From: Spirochaetaceae bacterium
GTDB taxonomy: Bacteria; Spirochaetota; Spirochaetia; DSM-2461
DNA: 64,000 nucleotides
Assembly: GCA_051531975.1 (NCBI GenBank)
Contig: JAOPTT010000007.1
Coordinates: 24,985-88,984 of the forward strand
Direction: 5' to 3'
Below, piece by piece: positions 28,971-39,016 of this stretch. The translations under genes and the position numbers were made by a program. The notes under the pieces are model-generated. The model saw only the letters and a list, made by a program, of their open reading frames with translations. It was not told the DNA's origin and did no database searches. How positions within the stretch are numbered: position 1 is the stretch's first letter; each line of letters opens with the position of its first letter.

Positions 28971-29961
28971 TACACCGCAGTACTTTTTACTTCTGTTTAT
29001 TATCCCATTTATTTTTATTTTTAGAAATTTTAGAAAAAAAAATAGAGCAGCCTTACTATTTTCATATAGTGTTTGGCATGGAAATGATTTTTCTGCAAAA
29101 CTTTTAGACGTTAAATTCTTTAGTATTTTATCAAATGTATTTCTATACTTAAGTATCATTTCAGTAATTATATCACTTTCTGGACCATCCATAGTTGTTC
29201 CTGAGAGTAACTATCTGTCTAGAGGTGTTGATATTATGGTTGTCTTAGATGAATCTCCAAGTATGTCAGCAAAGGATTTTCCTCCTGTAAATAGATTTGA
29301 ATCAGCAAAAAATATAATTTTAAAGTTTATTGAAGGTCGTGAAAATGACTCAGTTGGAGTTGTCTCTTTTGGTGACGATGCAGTATTAAGGGTTCCTCTT
29401 ACATTAGATTATACAATTGTTGAAAGTAGTGTTAAAAAATTAGAATTAATGAGTATGGGTAGAGGAACTGCAATAGGTATGGGACTTGCAGTTAGTGTTC
29501 TACATTTAGAACATAGTACGTCTAAATCCCAGGTGATTATACTTTTAACAGATGGTGTTAATAACGCAGGAGAAGTTCTTCCTATATCTGCGGCAAAGGC
29601 TGCTAAAGAGTTAGGAATAAAGGTTTATACTATTGGTATTGGTGGAACAGAAGCGGTTGAAGTGGAATTTGTTAATCCTGAAACAGGTATTTTGACCACT
29701 GCAAATATGTCTGAGGGTGGATTTGATCAGACTCTATTAGAAGAAATTGCAAAAATTACTGGTGGAAATTTTTATAAAGCCTCAAGCCCTGGTATGTTAG
29801 AAACTGTTCTTCAGGGTATAGATTATCTTGAAACAAGTAGAAAAGTTGTAGAAACCAGAATAAAAAGTACTCCTATTCATGATCAATTTATAATTATAGG
29901 TTTTGTCTTACTCATTGTTTATTATATTTTGAGAAAAGGATTTTTAGGGGAGATTTTATGA
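28957..29961 (+). CDS. batA: vWA domain protein BatA
   Basis: MIDAS DESPS, PLTLD, TAIGMGL, LLTDGVNN, KVYTIGIG. Confidence 0.88.
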   Translation: MLVFNTPQYFLLLFIIPFIFIFRNFRKKNRAALLFSYSVWHGNDFSAKLLDVKFFSILSNVFLYLSIISVIISLSGPSIVVPESNYLSRGVDIMVVLDESPSMSAKDFPPVNRFESAKNIILKFIEGRENDSVGVVSFGDDAVLRVPLTLDYTIVESSVKKLELMSMGRGTAIGMGLAVSVLHLEHSTSKSQVIILLTDGVNNAGEVLPISAAKAAKELGIKVYTIGIGGTEAVEVEFVNPETGILTTANMSEGGFDQTLLEEIAKITGGNFYKASSPGMLETVLQGIDYLETSRKVVETRIKSTPIHDQFIIIGFVLLIVYYILRKGFLGEIL

Positions 29962-30944
29962 GAATAACCAATCCAGAACTATTGTGGTTATATTTACTGT
30001 TAATACCTCTTTTTATTTTAATGATCCTTTTTTATATGGGTGGAATTTCAGGATTAAAAAAACTAACAGGTACCTGGCGATATGTAGCTGTAAAACGTGT
30101 TTATAGAGTTAGGTTTGTTATTTCCAGCCTACTTTTTATACTAACATTGGTCTCTTTACTTATAGGTTTAAGTGGTATTACATGGCAAAAGAAGCCAGAA
30201 AAGGATGACTCTATTGGCCTAGAACTTGTATTTCTTCTAGATGTTTCTAGAAGCATGTTAGCGTATGATGTATCTCCTACTAGATTAGATAAATCAATAT
30301 CTCTTATTACTACTGTAATAGATAGTGTTCAAGATTGTAAGTTTGGTATTGTTGTATTTAAAGGTGATGCTTTTGTATCGGTTCCTATGACTGAAGATAA
30401 GTTAGCCCTAGAATCTTTTTTAGCATCTGTAAATCCAAATATTATAACGAGTCCAGGTTCTAATCAGGAAAAAGCACTAACATTAGCAATAGAAAGTTTT
30501 TCTGGAAATAGTAGTAATAAAAGAGTTATTTTAATGATCAGTGATGGAGAAGCCTTAGAGGGAGATGTTTTTAAAGTTGTATCAAATTCTATTAATGAAG
30601 ATATTCCTATTTATACTGTAGCTGCTGGAACAGAAAAAGGATCAAGGATTCCAATTTCTGGTGGATTCATTAAAAATAAACAGGGACGAGATGTTGTTTC
30701 TAGAACTGATTTTGCTCTTTTACAGAATTTAGCAGATTTAACGTATGGTAAATTTTATAAGCTAGAAGAGAGTCAGGTTATAGCACATGTAAGTCAAGAT
30801 ATTAAATCTATGGAATATGATAATAGTGGTGGAAGAATTAAGTATGTGAATGTTGTTCAGTATAAACCATTTTTAATACTTGCCATTGTTTTTTTATCCC
30901 TCTATATATTTGTAAAGGAGTGGAGATGGTCAGAAATATTTTAA
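29958..30944 (+). CDS. batB: vWA domain protein BatB
   Basis: DVSRSM..DVSPTRL, PMTED, ISDGE, GTEKGSRIP. Confidence 0.85.
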   Translation: MRITNPELLWLYLLLIPLFILMILFYMGGISGLKKLTGTWRYVAVKRVYRVRFVISSLLFILTLVSLLIGLSGITWQKKPEKDDSIGLELVFLLDVSRSMLAYDVSPTRLDKSISLITTVIDSVQDCKFGIVVFKGDAFVSVPMTEDKLALESFLASVNPNIITSPGSNQEKALTLAIESFSGNSSNKRVILMISDGEALEGDVFKVVSNSINEDIPIYTVAAGTEKGSRIPISGGFIKNKQGRDVVSRTDFALLQNLADLTYGKFYKLEESQVIAHVSQDIKSMEYDNSGGRIKYVNVVQYKPFLILAIVFLSLYIFVKEWRWSEIF

Positions 30945-31516
30945 AACTGATTACTATTATATTTTTAACTACTTTTGTAACTTCATGTGACCGATTAGTC
31001 CAGAGTAGCACTATACTTGCTGGTAATCAGAAATTTCGTAGTGGAAGGTATCAAGAGGCAATTATAGATTACCTTAAAGGTGTAGACTCAAAAACCAACA
31101 AAGACTATTTTTACTATAATCTAGGTAATGTTTATAGCTCTTTAGGAGAGTATCCTTCAGCTTTTACCGTGTGGAATTTAGCAGATGGACAGGAGAACTC
31201 TAGTTTGGAGTTTAGTATTTTATATAATATGGGATATTTGGAATATCAAGAAGGGAATTATGAAGATGCATATTTACATTATAGACAAGCATTAAAACTT
31301 ATGCCTTCAAATATTTCTGCCAAAATAAATTTAGAACTTAGCTTAAACAAAATGAGCGCCGCAAATTATAATCAAACTCCAGAACTCTCTGATAATGACA
31401 CAACTCCTGCAGGTGCATCTGATGAGACAACAAGAATATTAGAATATGTAAAACAGAAGGAGGCTATGACATGGGGAACAAGTCACCAAAATCAAGATGT
31501 AGAAAACGACTGGTAG
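30926..31516 (+). CDS. batC: TPR lipoprotein BatC
   Basis: Lipobox-like VTSC, YNLGN TPRs, C-terminal ENDW; ATG 30926 after GGAG. Confidence 0.8.
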   Translation: MVRNILKLITIIFLTTFVTSCDRLVQSSTILAGNQKFRSGRYQEAIIDYLKGVDSKTNKDYFYYNLGNVYSSLGEYPSAFTVWNLADGQENSSLEFSILYNMGYLEYQEGNYEDAYLHYRQALKLMPSNISAKINLELSLNKMSAANYNQTPELSDNDTTPAGASDETTRILEYVKQKEAMTWGTSHQNQDVENDW

Positions 31517-33489
31517 TTTTTCTTTTACTTCTTCTACCACAAATAGGGTTTGCATTTGAAATGAATGTTCTACCTGATAAGCCTTTAGTTGGAAGAGTTA
31601 TTACATTAAAAGTATTAACTGATATACCAGCAGAAAAAAATCTAACTGTCGGGAATTTAATATTACCAAATAATATAAATAAGATATCTGGCCCAATCAT
31701 TACTCCTTATTGGGCGAAAAAAAATGGTGTTAGTATACGTTCTCATCAGGTAACATGGGCATTAAGAAGTAGAGATACAGGTATATATTCATTACCTAAT
31801 GTTGAATTTAAATCTGAGAATTATACATACGACATTAAAGTTCCAACTATTATGGTCTTTAATGCAGATGAAAGAAATAATAATTTCCCATTAGTTGTGG
31901 ATTGGAATAAAGATATAAAAAGCACTATTTATGTTGGAGAGTCTCTGCCAATTATAATAGAAGCTTATAACCTTGAAGCCCTTAACTTTGCAGATAATGT
32001 AGTATCTAAACCTCCAAATAAAGGTGAAATTATAGAAGTATCTGGGCTTGGTGTTAGTACTCCTGAAACAGTTGTTGGAAACTCTCTTTATAGAGTTTCT
32101 GTTCGTTCATGGATATATACTGCTCTAGAAGTTGGTGCTGTTAAAATCCCTTCAGTAAGAGTAGATATTAATGGATTAACAAGGTATACCGAACCACTAG
32201 AATTAAAGGTTCTTCCTCTACCTGAAGTTAATGCAACTGGTGGAGTTGGACAATTTATAATACAGAGTGAAGTTGATAGCACCCAAGTAACTCCAGAAGA
32301 TATATTTCATTATAAAGTTAGGATTTCTGGCCAAGGAAATCTTCCTTATATAAAATATCCAAATGTTGATTTTTCAGGAATAATACTAATTGATAAAACA
32401 GAAACAAGCTCCATCGGTCATAGTGAAAACGGTTTTTTAGGCTGGAAAGAACTAGACTTTACCTTACAGGCACTAGAACCAGGAGTTAAAGAGATCAGAC
32501 TATCAGAAGTTAGCTGGATTAATACAAATGGGTTTGAAATATTTTTTAATGGCTCGGTTTCAAATATCAATGTAGTATCAGTTAAAGTTGTCGAAGAGGA
32601 TATTCTTCCTTTTCTTTCATTTATGACAACTCCAGAAATAATAAGTTCTTATACTGTGTTTTTATATAAAAAACCATTTATGTGGGGGCTACTTTTTTTA
32701 AGTCCATTTTTACTTTTAATAATGAAGTTCTCCAAAACTATAAAGTTAAATAGGGAGAGGAAAACATTGTTAATTACTGCTGCTTTGATTCCATTTTTAC
32801 TTCTCTCTTCAATATTTGCAAAAGGATTTGAGTATCAAGGAGATCTAGTTGTAGCCGAAAATTTCATCAATTCTGGGGAATATGAAAGAGCTCTAGAAGT
32901 ATATAATAAATTGAGTGATAAGCTACCAAATAATTATGGTATATTTGTAAATAAGGCTATACTTTGTGATAGGCTTGGTGATATTGCCCATGCTGTTTAT
33001 AATATTAGAATTGCGGAAAGAATCGTTCCTGATAATAAAAAAGTACATCAGGTTAAACTTTATCTCTCTGATTCGGAAGAATTTAACCAGAAGCAGGCTA
33101 AAACATCAAATCCAATAAACCCTGATTATATATTTTTAATACTTATAACTTTTTTTAATATTCTTTTTATTGTAAGCATTCGTTTAATTAAAATAAAAAG
33201 CATAACAGCTTTTTCTATGTTTTTTACAATTATTTTATTTACATTATTAGCTACTATCTTTTTAATATATGTTGATATGCGTAATAGTATACAAGCTGGT
33301 GTTATTGATAATGGAGGAGCTTTATTAACCAAAGTTCCAAGTCAAAATGCATTGGACTGGATGACACTAGGAGAAGGACACTGTGTATATATTATTGGTG
33401 ATTGGGAAAGTAAATATTTAATAGAAACTGAATATGGCCTACAAGGCTGGGTTGAAAAAGACTCTCTGTTAGTTTTTGAAGAAAGGTAG
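31471..33489 (+). CDS. batD: BatD-like protein with C-terminal TPR/TM/SH3-like (BatE-like) region
   Basis: Ig-like repeats, GGVGQF, ISGQGNL; TPR-like helices; GLQGWV end; AAGGAGG 7 nt before ATG. Confidence 0.75.
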   Translation: MGNKSPKSRCRKRLVVFLLLLLPQIGFAFEMNVLPDKPLVGRVITLKVLTDIPAEKNLTVGNLILPNNINKISGPIITPYWAKKNGVSIRSHQVTWALRSRDTGIYSLPNVEFKSENYTYDIKVPTIMVFNADERNNNFPLVVDWNKDIKSTIYVGESLPIIIEAYNLEALNFADNVVSKPPNKGEIIEVSGLGVSTPETVVGNSLYRVSVRSWIYTALEVGAVKIPSVRVDINGLTRYTEPLELKVLPLPEVNATGGVGQFIIQSEVDSTQVTPEDIFHYKVRISGQGNLPYIKYPNVDFSGIILIDKTETSSIGHSENGFLGWKELDFTLQALEPGVKEIRLSEVSWINTNGFEIFFNGSVSNINVVSVKVVEEDILPFLSFMTTPEIISSYTVFLYKKPFMWGLLFLSPFLLLIMKFSKTIKLNRERKTLLITAALIPFLLLSSIFAKGFEYQGDLVVAENFINSGEYERALEVYNKLSDKLPNNYGIFVNKAILCDRLGDIAHAVYNIRIAERIVPDNKKVHQVKLYLSDSEEFNQKQAKTSNPINPDYIFLILITFFNILFIVSIRLIKIKSITAFSMFFTIILFTLLATIFLIYVDMRNSIQAGVIDNGGALLTKVPSQNALDWMTLGEGHCVYIIGDWESKYLIETEYGLQGWVEKDSLLVFEER

Positions 33490-33494
33490 CAGAT

Positions 33495-33968
33495 ATGGAC
33501 TTTGAAGATATCCTGAATCAGTGGGATAAAGATTTAAAAAGTAACCCAAAGAAAAAGAAAGTTAGCATAAAAAAAGAGAACAAAGTTGAAAAACCCCAGA
33601 TGTCATCTTTTTTAGACATGTATCCTCCAGATGAAAATTTAGCTGAAGGGGAACCATATAAACCGACGCAAAGACAAAAAAGACGTAATTATAGGCGAAT
33701 GAAACCTCAGGAAGTATTAGATCTACACGGTTTTAGACTCGTTTCAGCTATTGTTGAATTAGAAGATTTTTTATCTCGGTGCAGAAAGCGTAAACTTGAA
33801 AAAGTTTTGATAATTCATGGTAAAGGACTTCACTCTCCAGAGGGTGAGGCAGTATTAAGAAATGGTATTAGAGGTGAATTAAAATCATTAAATTACATAG
33901 GTGAAATTGGCCACCCTTCAGAAAAAGAGGGTGGTGCTGGTGCTACGTGGGCAATTATTAAGTATTAA
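33495..33968 (+). CDS. Smr/MutS2 C-terminal domain protein
   Basis: [20 protein letters not shown]. Confidence 0.92.
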   Translation: MDFEDILNQWDKDLKSNPKKKKVSIKKENKVEKPQMSSFLDMYPPDENLAEGEPYKPTQRQKRRNYRRMKPQEVLDLHGFRLVSAIVELEDFLSRCRKRKLEKVLIIHGKGLHSPEGEAVLRNGIRGELKSLNYIGEIGHPSEKEGGAGATWAIIKY

Positions 33969-34183
33969 CGCTCTCTGAAGATAATTCTTCCTCGAGTTAA
34001 GTCATATGGAGATAGGGCAACAGTTACCTTATCACCAGGAACTATTCTAATAAAATGCTTTCTCATTTTACCAGATAGGTGAGCCAAGATAATATGGCCA
34101 TTTTGTAATTCTACTCTAAACTGCGTATTAGGCAAGGCTTCTTTTACTATACCTTGTACTTCTATTGCTTCTTCTTTAGACAA
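33965..34183 (-). CDS. infA: Translation initiation factor IF-1 (TTG start)
   Basis: [43 protein letters not shown]....[10 protein letters not shown]. Confidence 0.98.
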   Translation of the reverse strand: MSKEEAIEVQGIVKEALPNTQFRVELQNGHIILAHLSGKMRKHFIRIVPGDKVTVALSPYDLTRGRIIFRER

Positions 34184-34211
34184 AAAAGACTCCTGATTTA
34201 TGTTTTTTTAG

Positions 34212-34272
34212 AGTTTAGTAATAATAATCTTCTATGTCAACCACTTGACAATAATGCATATAATAGTATATT
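34212..34272. promoter_or_regulatory. Back-to-back sigma-70 promoters for infA and dksA-like gene
   Basis: Minus: TTGACA(34240)-N17-TAAACT; plus: TTGACA(34245)-N16-TATATT. Confidence 0.65.
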
Positions 34273-34311
34273 TATCTGTAATTTTATAAAAAAGATTAAA
34301 AAGGATAATTC

Positions 34312-34668
34312 ATGACTGAAACTTTTTTAGAGGAAATGAGAGTACAATTAGATAGTAAAAAGAAGGATGTTGTAGATCTTCTCGCTTCAGAATATAGTGC
34401 ATTTCAAGAAACCAATAACGCCTCAGGTAGAGATTTGGTAGATTTAGCTTCAAACGATTTTGAAAAACAAATATTAGATGTATCTAGTGCTTTGGAAGTA
34501 AAAACTTTAAATAAAATTAATGCCGCAATAAATAGAATGCAAAACGGTCACTATGGTGTTTGTGCCCAATGTAGTGAACATATTAACCAAGATCGTCTAA
34601 AAGCTATGCCTTACGCTGTTTTATGTGTTAAATGTAAGACAAAACGTGAACGATTCCCAAATAATTAA
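34312..34668 (+). CDS. dksA: TraR/DksA family C4-type zinc finger protein
   Basis: DLVDLAS, YGVCAQC..I...RLKAMP....CVKC. Confidence 0.85.
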   Translation: MTETFLEEMRVQLDSKKKDVVDLLASEYSAFQETNNASGRDLVDLASNDFEKQILDVSSALEVKTLNKINAAINRMQNGHYGVCAQCSEHINQDRLKAMPYAVLCVKCKTKRERFPNN

Positions 34669-34675
34669 AAAAAGC

Positions 34676-34702
34676 TAATACTCTTTTTTTTTCCTCCGAT
34701 AC
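34676..34702 (+). promoter_or_regulatory. Putative sigma-28 promoter
   Basis: TAAT-N15-TCCGATAC vs TAAA-N15-GCCGATAA. Confidence 0.55.
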
Positions 34703-34723
34703 TTTAAGTATCAGGGGGAGAAT

Positions 34724-35095
34724 GTGATAAATTCAGTATCAGGGCAACTTGGATCTATAAACAGTTATTACAATACAGGAAATCAGAATCCAGCTAAGAT
34801 TGAAGTCCCGGTACCATCAAATGTATCTATTTATGCACAATTTAAACATGTGCGTGGTGTTCCTGCTTCTGCAAATCAAGAACCTGTTTCACTTTCTAAA
34901 GCACAAATTATTAATAATATGGTCTCTTTTTTAAATAATTCCTCTGATGAGATACAACTCAATAACAGTGAGGAATTTGTAATTGAGGAACTTGAACAAG
35001 AAGTTCACCGAGTTGTAAACGATAAACCTATAAACTTTAATTCCCTGCCTGGAAAAAGTGCTGAGACAGGTATTATTTTTAATCTAACAGCTTAA
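34724..35095 (+). CDS. Hypothetical protein
   Basis: GTG start after GGGGAG RBS; no family recognised. Confidence 0.75.
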   Translation: MINSVSGQLGSINSYYNTGNQNPAKIEVPVPSNVSIYAQFKHVRGVPASANQEPVSLSKAQIINNMVSFLNNSSDEIQLNNSEEFVIEELEQEVHRVVNDKPINFNSLPGKSAETGIIFNLTA

Positions 35096-35724
35096 CTTTT
35101 TTCTGCACCTATAGTCGTAATTTCCCCATGTCCAGGATAAGCGACAGTATTATTTGGTAATTTAAACAAGCTTTTTAAACTTTTTATTAAAGTATTATAA
35201 TCTCCTCCAGTAAAATCCGTTCTACCTAAACCACCATTAAAAAGAGTATCACCTGTAAAAATAACTCCATTTTTTTTAGAATAAAAACATGAACTACCTG
35301 GAGAATGTCCTGGAGTGTGTATTACTAGCAATTCAAAATCAGACAAAATATCATTGTTATCAAATAAGAAATCGGGCTCACCACATTCTGTGTAATAGTT
35401 ATTAAAATAATAATCTGCATTTGGACCCATGGATGAGAACATCAACTTATGTCTATTTCCGCCCTCCTTGCCTAAATAAGTACCATCAGCATGATGAATG
35501 TACACTGGTATAGAATATTTACCTTTTAGTTGTTCAACAGCCCCTATGTGGTCAAAATGGCCATGGGTTAGTATTATTGCTTTTGGTGTCTGTCTATTAG
35601 ATTCAATTTTTTTTATTATCTTTGAAGCGTCGGCTCCTGGATCAATAATCACAACTTTATCTTCTTTAAAGTTGTATAGGTATGTGTTTACACCTAATTC
35701 TCCTGTTATTATTATATCTATCAT
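35092..35724 (-). CDS. MBL-fold metallo-hydrolase (YcbL/YqgX-like)
   Basis: THGHFDHIG, TPGHSPG, FTGDTLF, GRTDF.GG, PGHG. Confidence 0.9.
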   Translation of the reverse strand: MIDIIITGELGVNTYLYNFKEDKVVIIDPGADASKIIKKIESNRQTPKAIILTHGHFDHIGAVEQLKGKYSIPVYIHHADGTYLGKEGGNRHKLMFSSMGPNADYYFNNYYTECGEPDFLFDNNDILSDFELLVIHTPGHSPGSSCFYSKKNGVIFTGDTLFNGGLGRTDFTGGDYNTLIKSLKSLFKLPNNTVAYPGHGEITTIGAEKS

Positions 35725-35767
35725 AGTATTATGATAACAATAATTATTTATACTTCAAAGGTGTTTT

Positions 35768-36646
35768 ATGACTTTTATTGCATTAGGTTTGTTTACATAT
35801 ATGGCTTTTTTTATACTAATCCCAGGAATTGGTGCTGTAACATTACGTAGAAAATGGGCAAAATTTAGAGAATCTGTTTATATCAGCTCTGAAGCTCCAA
35901 AGTTAGAATATAACAACCTAGTTATTGGTGAATTATTTACTTTTTATGGAAGTTTAGAATCTTTTAAAAGCGATGATATCCTATGGTTAAAATCTGAGAA
36001 CCTCTCTATTTGTATAGATTTAAGTGACCAAGAGGTATATACAATACCAAATGGTAAAACAGAGATTGATAAATCTAGCTGGAGTAGTGTCTCATCTATA
36101 ATCGAAGGTACACAATTTTATGTATCTGGATATTTAGCATATAACAAAGGTGTTCCTTATCTCGTTGGAGATGAAAATAGTAAGCTACTGGTTGTAATAT
36201 GCGACAATGAAGAGAAGATTTTAGAAAAACTCCTTGAAAGGGGGCGTAATAAAAATGAAATGTGGAATAGCTATTCTCCTTACTCATATATAACAGGAAT
36301 CTTTGTTTTAATTATCTTAAGCTATTTCTCTTATAGAACTAATTCCGATAAGCTGGAATCATATTTTCTACTACTAGCGGCAGGTACACCATTTTACTTT
36401 ATATTACCCCCAGGTCTCTTTTTTTACCTGAATTATAGACGTTTATGGGATTTATCAGTTCGATGGTCAATTTTAAGAGATCTAAAAAGATTGAAAGATC
36501 CTAATATTATATCTAATAATTTTAAGAAAATATCTAAAAGCAGAGAAAGACTATCTCTGCTTAATTACCTTTTAGGTTACCTTCTAAATATAATTATAGC
36601 TGGTATTATTCTTTATAAAATGTTTGAATATATTATTGCTAATTAG
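35768..36646 (+). CDS. Hypothetical membrane protein
   Basis: Long ORF with 4 hydrophobic segments; AGGTG RBS. Confidence 0.75.
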   Translation: MTFIALGLFTYMAFFILIPGIGAVTLRRKWAKFRESVYISSEAPKLEYNNLVIGELFTFYGSLESFKSDDILWLKSENLSICIDLSDQEVYTIPNGKTEIDKSSWSSVSSIIEGTQFYVSGYLAYNKGVPYLVGDENSKLLVVICDNEEKILEKLLERGRNKNEMWNSYSPYSYITGIFVLIILSYFSYRTNSDKLESYFLLLAAGTPFYFILPPGLFFYLNYRRLWDLSVRWSILRDLKRLKDPNIISNNFKKISKSRERLSLLNYLLGYLLNIIIAGIILYKMFEYIIAN

Positions 36647-37110
36647 ATATCTTTTTTAGCATAGTTTACAGTAAGTTTTCTTCCTCTGTACTCAGTACTA
36701 TCTAAAGAACTTACTACTTTCTCGGCATAATCCCCAGCAACATTTACAAATGAGTAATTATCCAAAATTTTAATATTACCGATATTTTCTTTTTCTATTT
36801 CGGCAGTTTTTGATACTAATTGAATTAAATCAGAAGGATAAACTCGTCTGTTTTTACCAATGTTAATAAATAGAGATTTTTCACCCTCTTTTTTGACGCT
36901 TCTTTTTCTCGGCTTGTTATTTAAATATTCTTTTAATAAAAATGCAGTTAAATAAGACCTCAAGTGTAATGGTACATTCTTTTTTACTATTTTTTTGTAT
37001 GATACAATTGTATCTAAATCTAAACTACTCTTGATTGATTCTATAATAGCTTTGATAGATGGTCCTAGGTTCTCGTTTAATGTTGAGAACTCCTGATTCT
37101 TTTTACTCAT
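36643..37110 (-). CDS. Stand-alone DbpA-type RNA-binding domain protein
   Basis: LFINIGKNRRVYPSDL...IGNIKILDNYSFV...YRGRKLTVNYA. Confidence 0.85.
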   Translation of the reverse strand: MSKKNQEFSTLNENLGPSIKAIIESIKSSLDLDTIVSYKKIVKKNVPLHLRSYLTAFLLKEYLNNKPRKRSVKKEGEKSLFINIGKNRRVYPSDLIQLVSKTAEIEKENIGNIKILDNYSFVNVAGDYAEKVVSSLDSTEYRGRKLTVNYAKKDI

Positions 37111-37240
37111 CTTATCTCCTTAATAAATGAAAAAGTTGGTGTTTTTGTAAGCATTATGATAGTCTATAATATAGATAGTGGAAAGTAGTTAGTGTTAATT
37201 AGCTAAAAAGCTTTTTGTTTTAAACTTAGGAAGTGTAAAA

Positions 37241-38368
37241 ATGAAAGATTATGATAAAATTGTAAAAGTTAAAAAAGAGATAAAAGTAATAAATATTGAG
37301 CTAAATGAGCTGTCTGCTCAACTAGGAGGAGTGTTTTATGATACCGATCCGGTCTTAGATGATTCGAATTTAATTATTGAAATTGATGAACTAGAGATAA
37401 TAATTCCACAGATTAAGAAAAAAATGGAAACTCTTCAGGGGTATAATCTCACAATTGCCGAATCTAAAGAGAATATTGATGTTTGTTCTGATAAAATTAA
37501 AGAGCTAGAAACTCACATGAATTCACTTTTTGAGAAAGTAGGTGTCGAATTGTACTGCTTTATAGGTGATAAGGAACTAGCATATTCTGGAATTAAGAAG
37601 ATCTATACAGAATTAAAAGAAGCTGAAGAAAAATCTGAAAAATTAGAAAACACACTCTTTTCACTTGAAAAAAGTGTAACTAAAAAAAGTCTTGTAGAGA
37701 GGATCTCAAGACCTATTAAAATAAGAAGAATAAAAAAAGATATAGAACAGAGAAATAGAGAGAGTTTATACTCATTCAAAGAATTAGGTCGATCTTATTC
37801 TCAGATACCACAACTTATAGATGAAGAGACTAATGAATCTCTTTTAGATGTTCTAGAAGAATATAAAACCATTGATAGTAACCTTCGACATCAAAAGGAA
37901 AAACAACACTCTCTGAAAGTTAGAATTGAAGAGAATGAAATGAAGATTAAAGAGGGTAGTGAAGGATTAAAACTTAAAATTCTATATTCAAAATTGGAAC
38001 AAGATATTGTTGAACATCAAAACAGTATTGCAGATAAGCTTGTAGAGTTAGGTTACTTTATAGCTGGGAAAAAAGATTTTTTAAGTGAAAACTCTGAGGT
38101 GTCTACTAAATTAGAGATTTACAACCAGAAAAAAACTGAATTAGAAAGAAAAGATGAAGAACTTGTTTATTTTGAGAAAAAAGTGAAGTTAACAAAAATG
38201 GATAAGGAGATTTCAGAGCGAAAAGTAAGTATTTCTAGAGAACTAGAACATATTGCTATTTGCCAAGAAAAGCTAAGTACCCATGAAGCAGGACTTGAAT
38301 CGCTAAAAGAAGAATCTAATAACTTAAAGTCTTGGTTAGAATCTAACTCTTTTGAGAATGAACTTTAA
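37241..38368 (+). CDS. Coiled-coil hypothetical protein
   Basis: E/K-rich heptad composition with recurring 'ELG' segments. Confidence 0.75.
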   Translation: MKDYDKIVKVKKEIKVINIELNELSAQLGGVFYDTDPVLDDSNLIIEIDELEIIIPQIKKKMETLQGYNLTIAESKENIDVCSDKIKELETHMNSLFEKVGVELYCFIGDKELAYSGIKKIYTELKEAEEKSEKLENTLFSLEKSVTKKSLVERISRPIKIRRIKKDIEQRNRESLYSFKELGRSYSQIPQLIDEETNESLLDVLEEYKTIDSNLRHQKEKQHSLKVRIEENEMKIKEGSEGLKLKILYSKLEQDIVEHQNSIADKLVELGYFIAGKKDFLSENSEVSTKLEIYNQKKTELERKDEELVYFEKKVKLTKMDKEISERKVSISRELEHIAICQEKLSTHEAGLESLKEESNNLKSWLESNSFENEL

Positions 38369-39014
38369 AATCTAGGAAAGTTAAATAGATAGCAGATGGT
38401 ACTAATATCGATGTTGTAATAAATGACCAAGAAATAGCACTGGTTGTAACCTCATTAATTATTATTAAAAAAACATTAGTAATAATTAATGTAGTAGCTG
38501 CTCTTAATAACTTTCTCTTTATAATTTTGTATAAGTAGTGTGTTGATAATGAAATTAGTTGCAGAGATATAAAACTCGGGAATCCATAACTAAGAAACCA
38601 ATTATTACTTGTTGTTAACAGATCAAGTCCATAAAGAAACAGTGCAATCAAGAAATTAGCAGAAGTATACAGAAGGATTGGGTTTCTTTTAAAGTTTAGA
38701 GTCGAAGATAAAATCAGATACAAAAATATTAAAGTCATAGTTGAGAATAGAGACCAAGTTAAATTAGCATTAGAATAATAGTCAATTCCTGTTGTTAAAA
38801 GTGTTAACAAAAATGTTAAAAACCCTGCAAAATGTATTGTTATCCAATCTTTCCGATTTTTAGGGTTTTTAATAAAACCAATTTTATGGACATCTTTAGG
38901 ATAAAGAGGATATACCTCTTCTCTTACTGAGTTATATTCAAGCTCTATATCACATAGTGGACAGTCAGTATATCTATGGTTTAATTTTACACCGCAATGA
39001 ATACAGAAAGGCAT
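38343..39014 (-). CDS. Zinc-ribbon membrane protein (DUF6320-like)
   Basis: N-terminal CIHCGV...CPLC, YP motif, ~6 TM helices. Confidence 0.75.
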   Translation of the reverse strand: MPFCIHCGVKLNHRYTDCPLCDIELEYNSVREEVYPLYPKDVHKIGFIKNPKNRKDWITIHFAGFLTFLLTLLTTGIDYYSNANLTWSLFSTMTLIFLYLILSSTLNFKRNPILLYTSANFLIALFLYGLDLLTTSNNWFLSYGFPSFISLQLISLSTHYLYKIIKRKLLRAATTLIITNVFLIIINEVTTSAISWSFITTSILVPSAIYLTFLDFKVHSQKS

Positions 39015-39016
39015 AA

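Noticed and set aside
37241..38368. SMC-like or defence ATPase
   Set aside because: Coiled-coil composition only; no Walker A/B or signature motifs.
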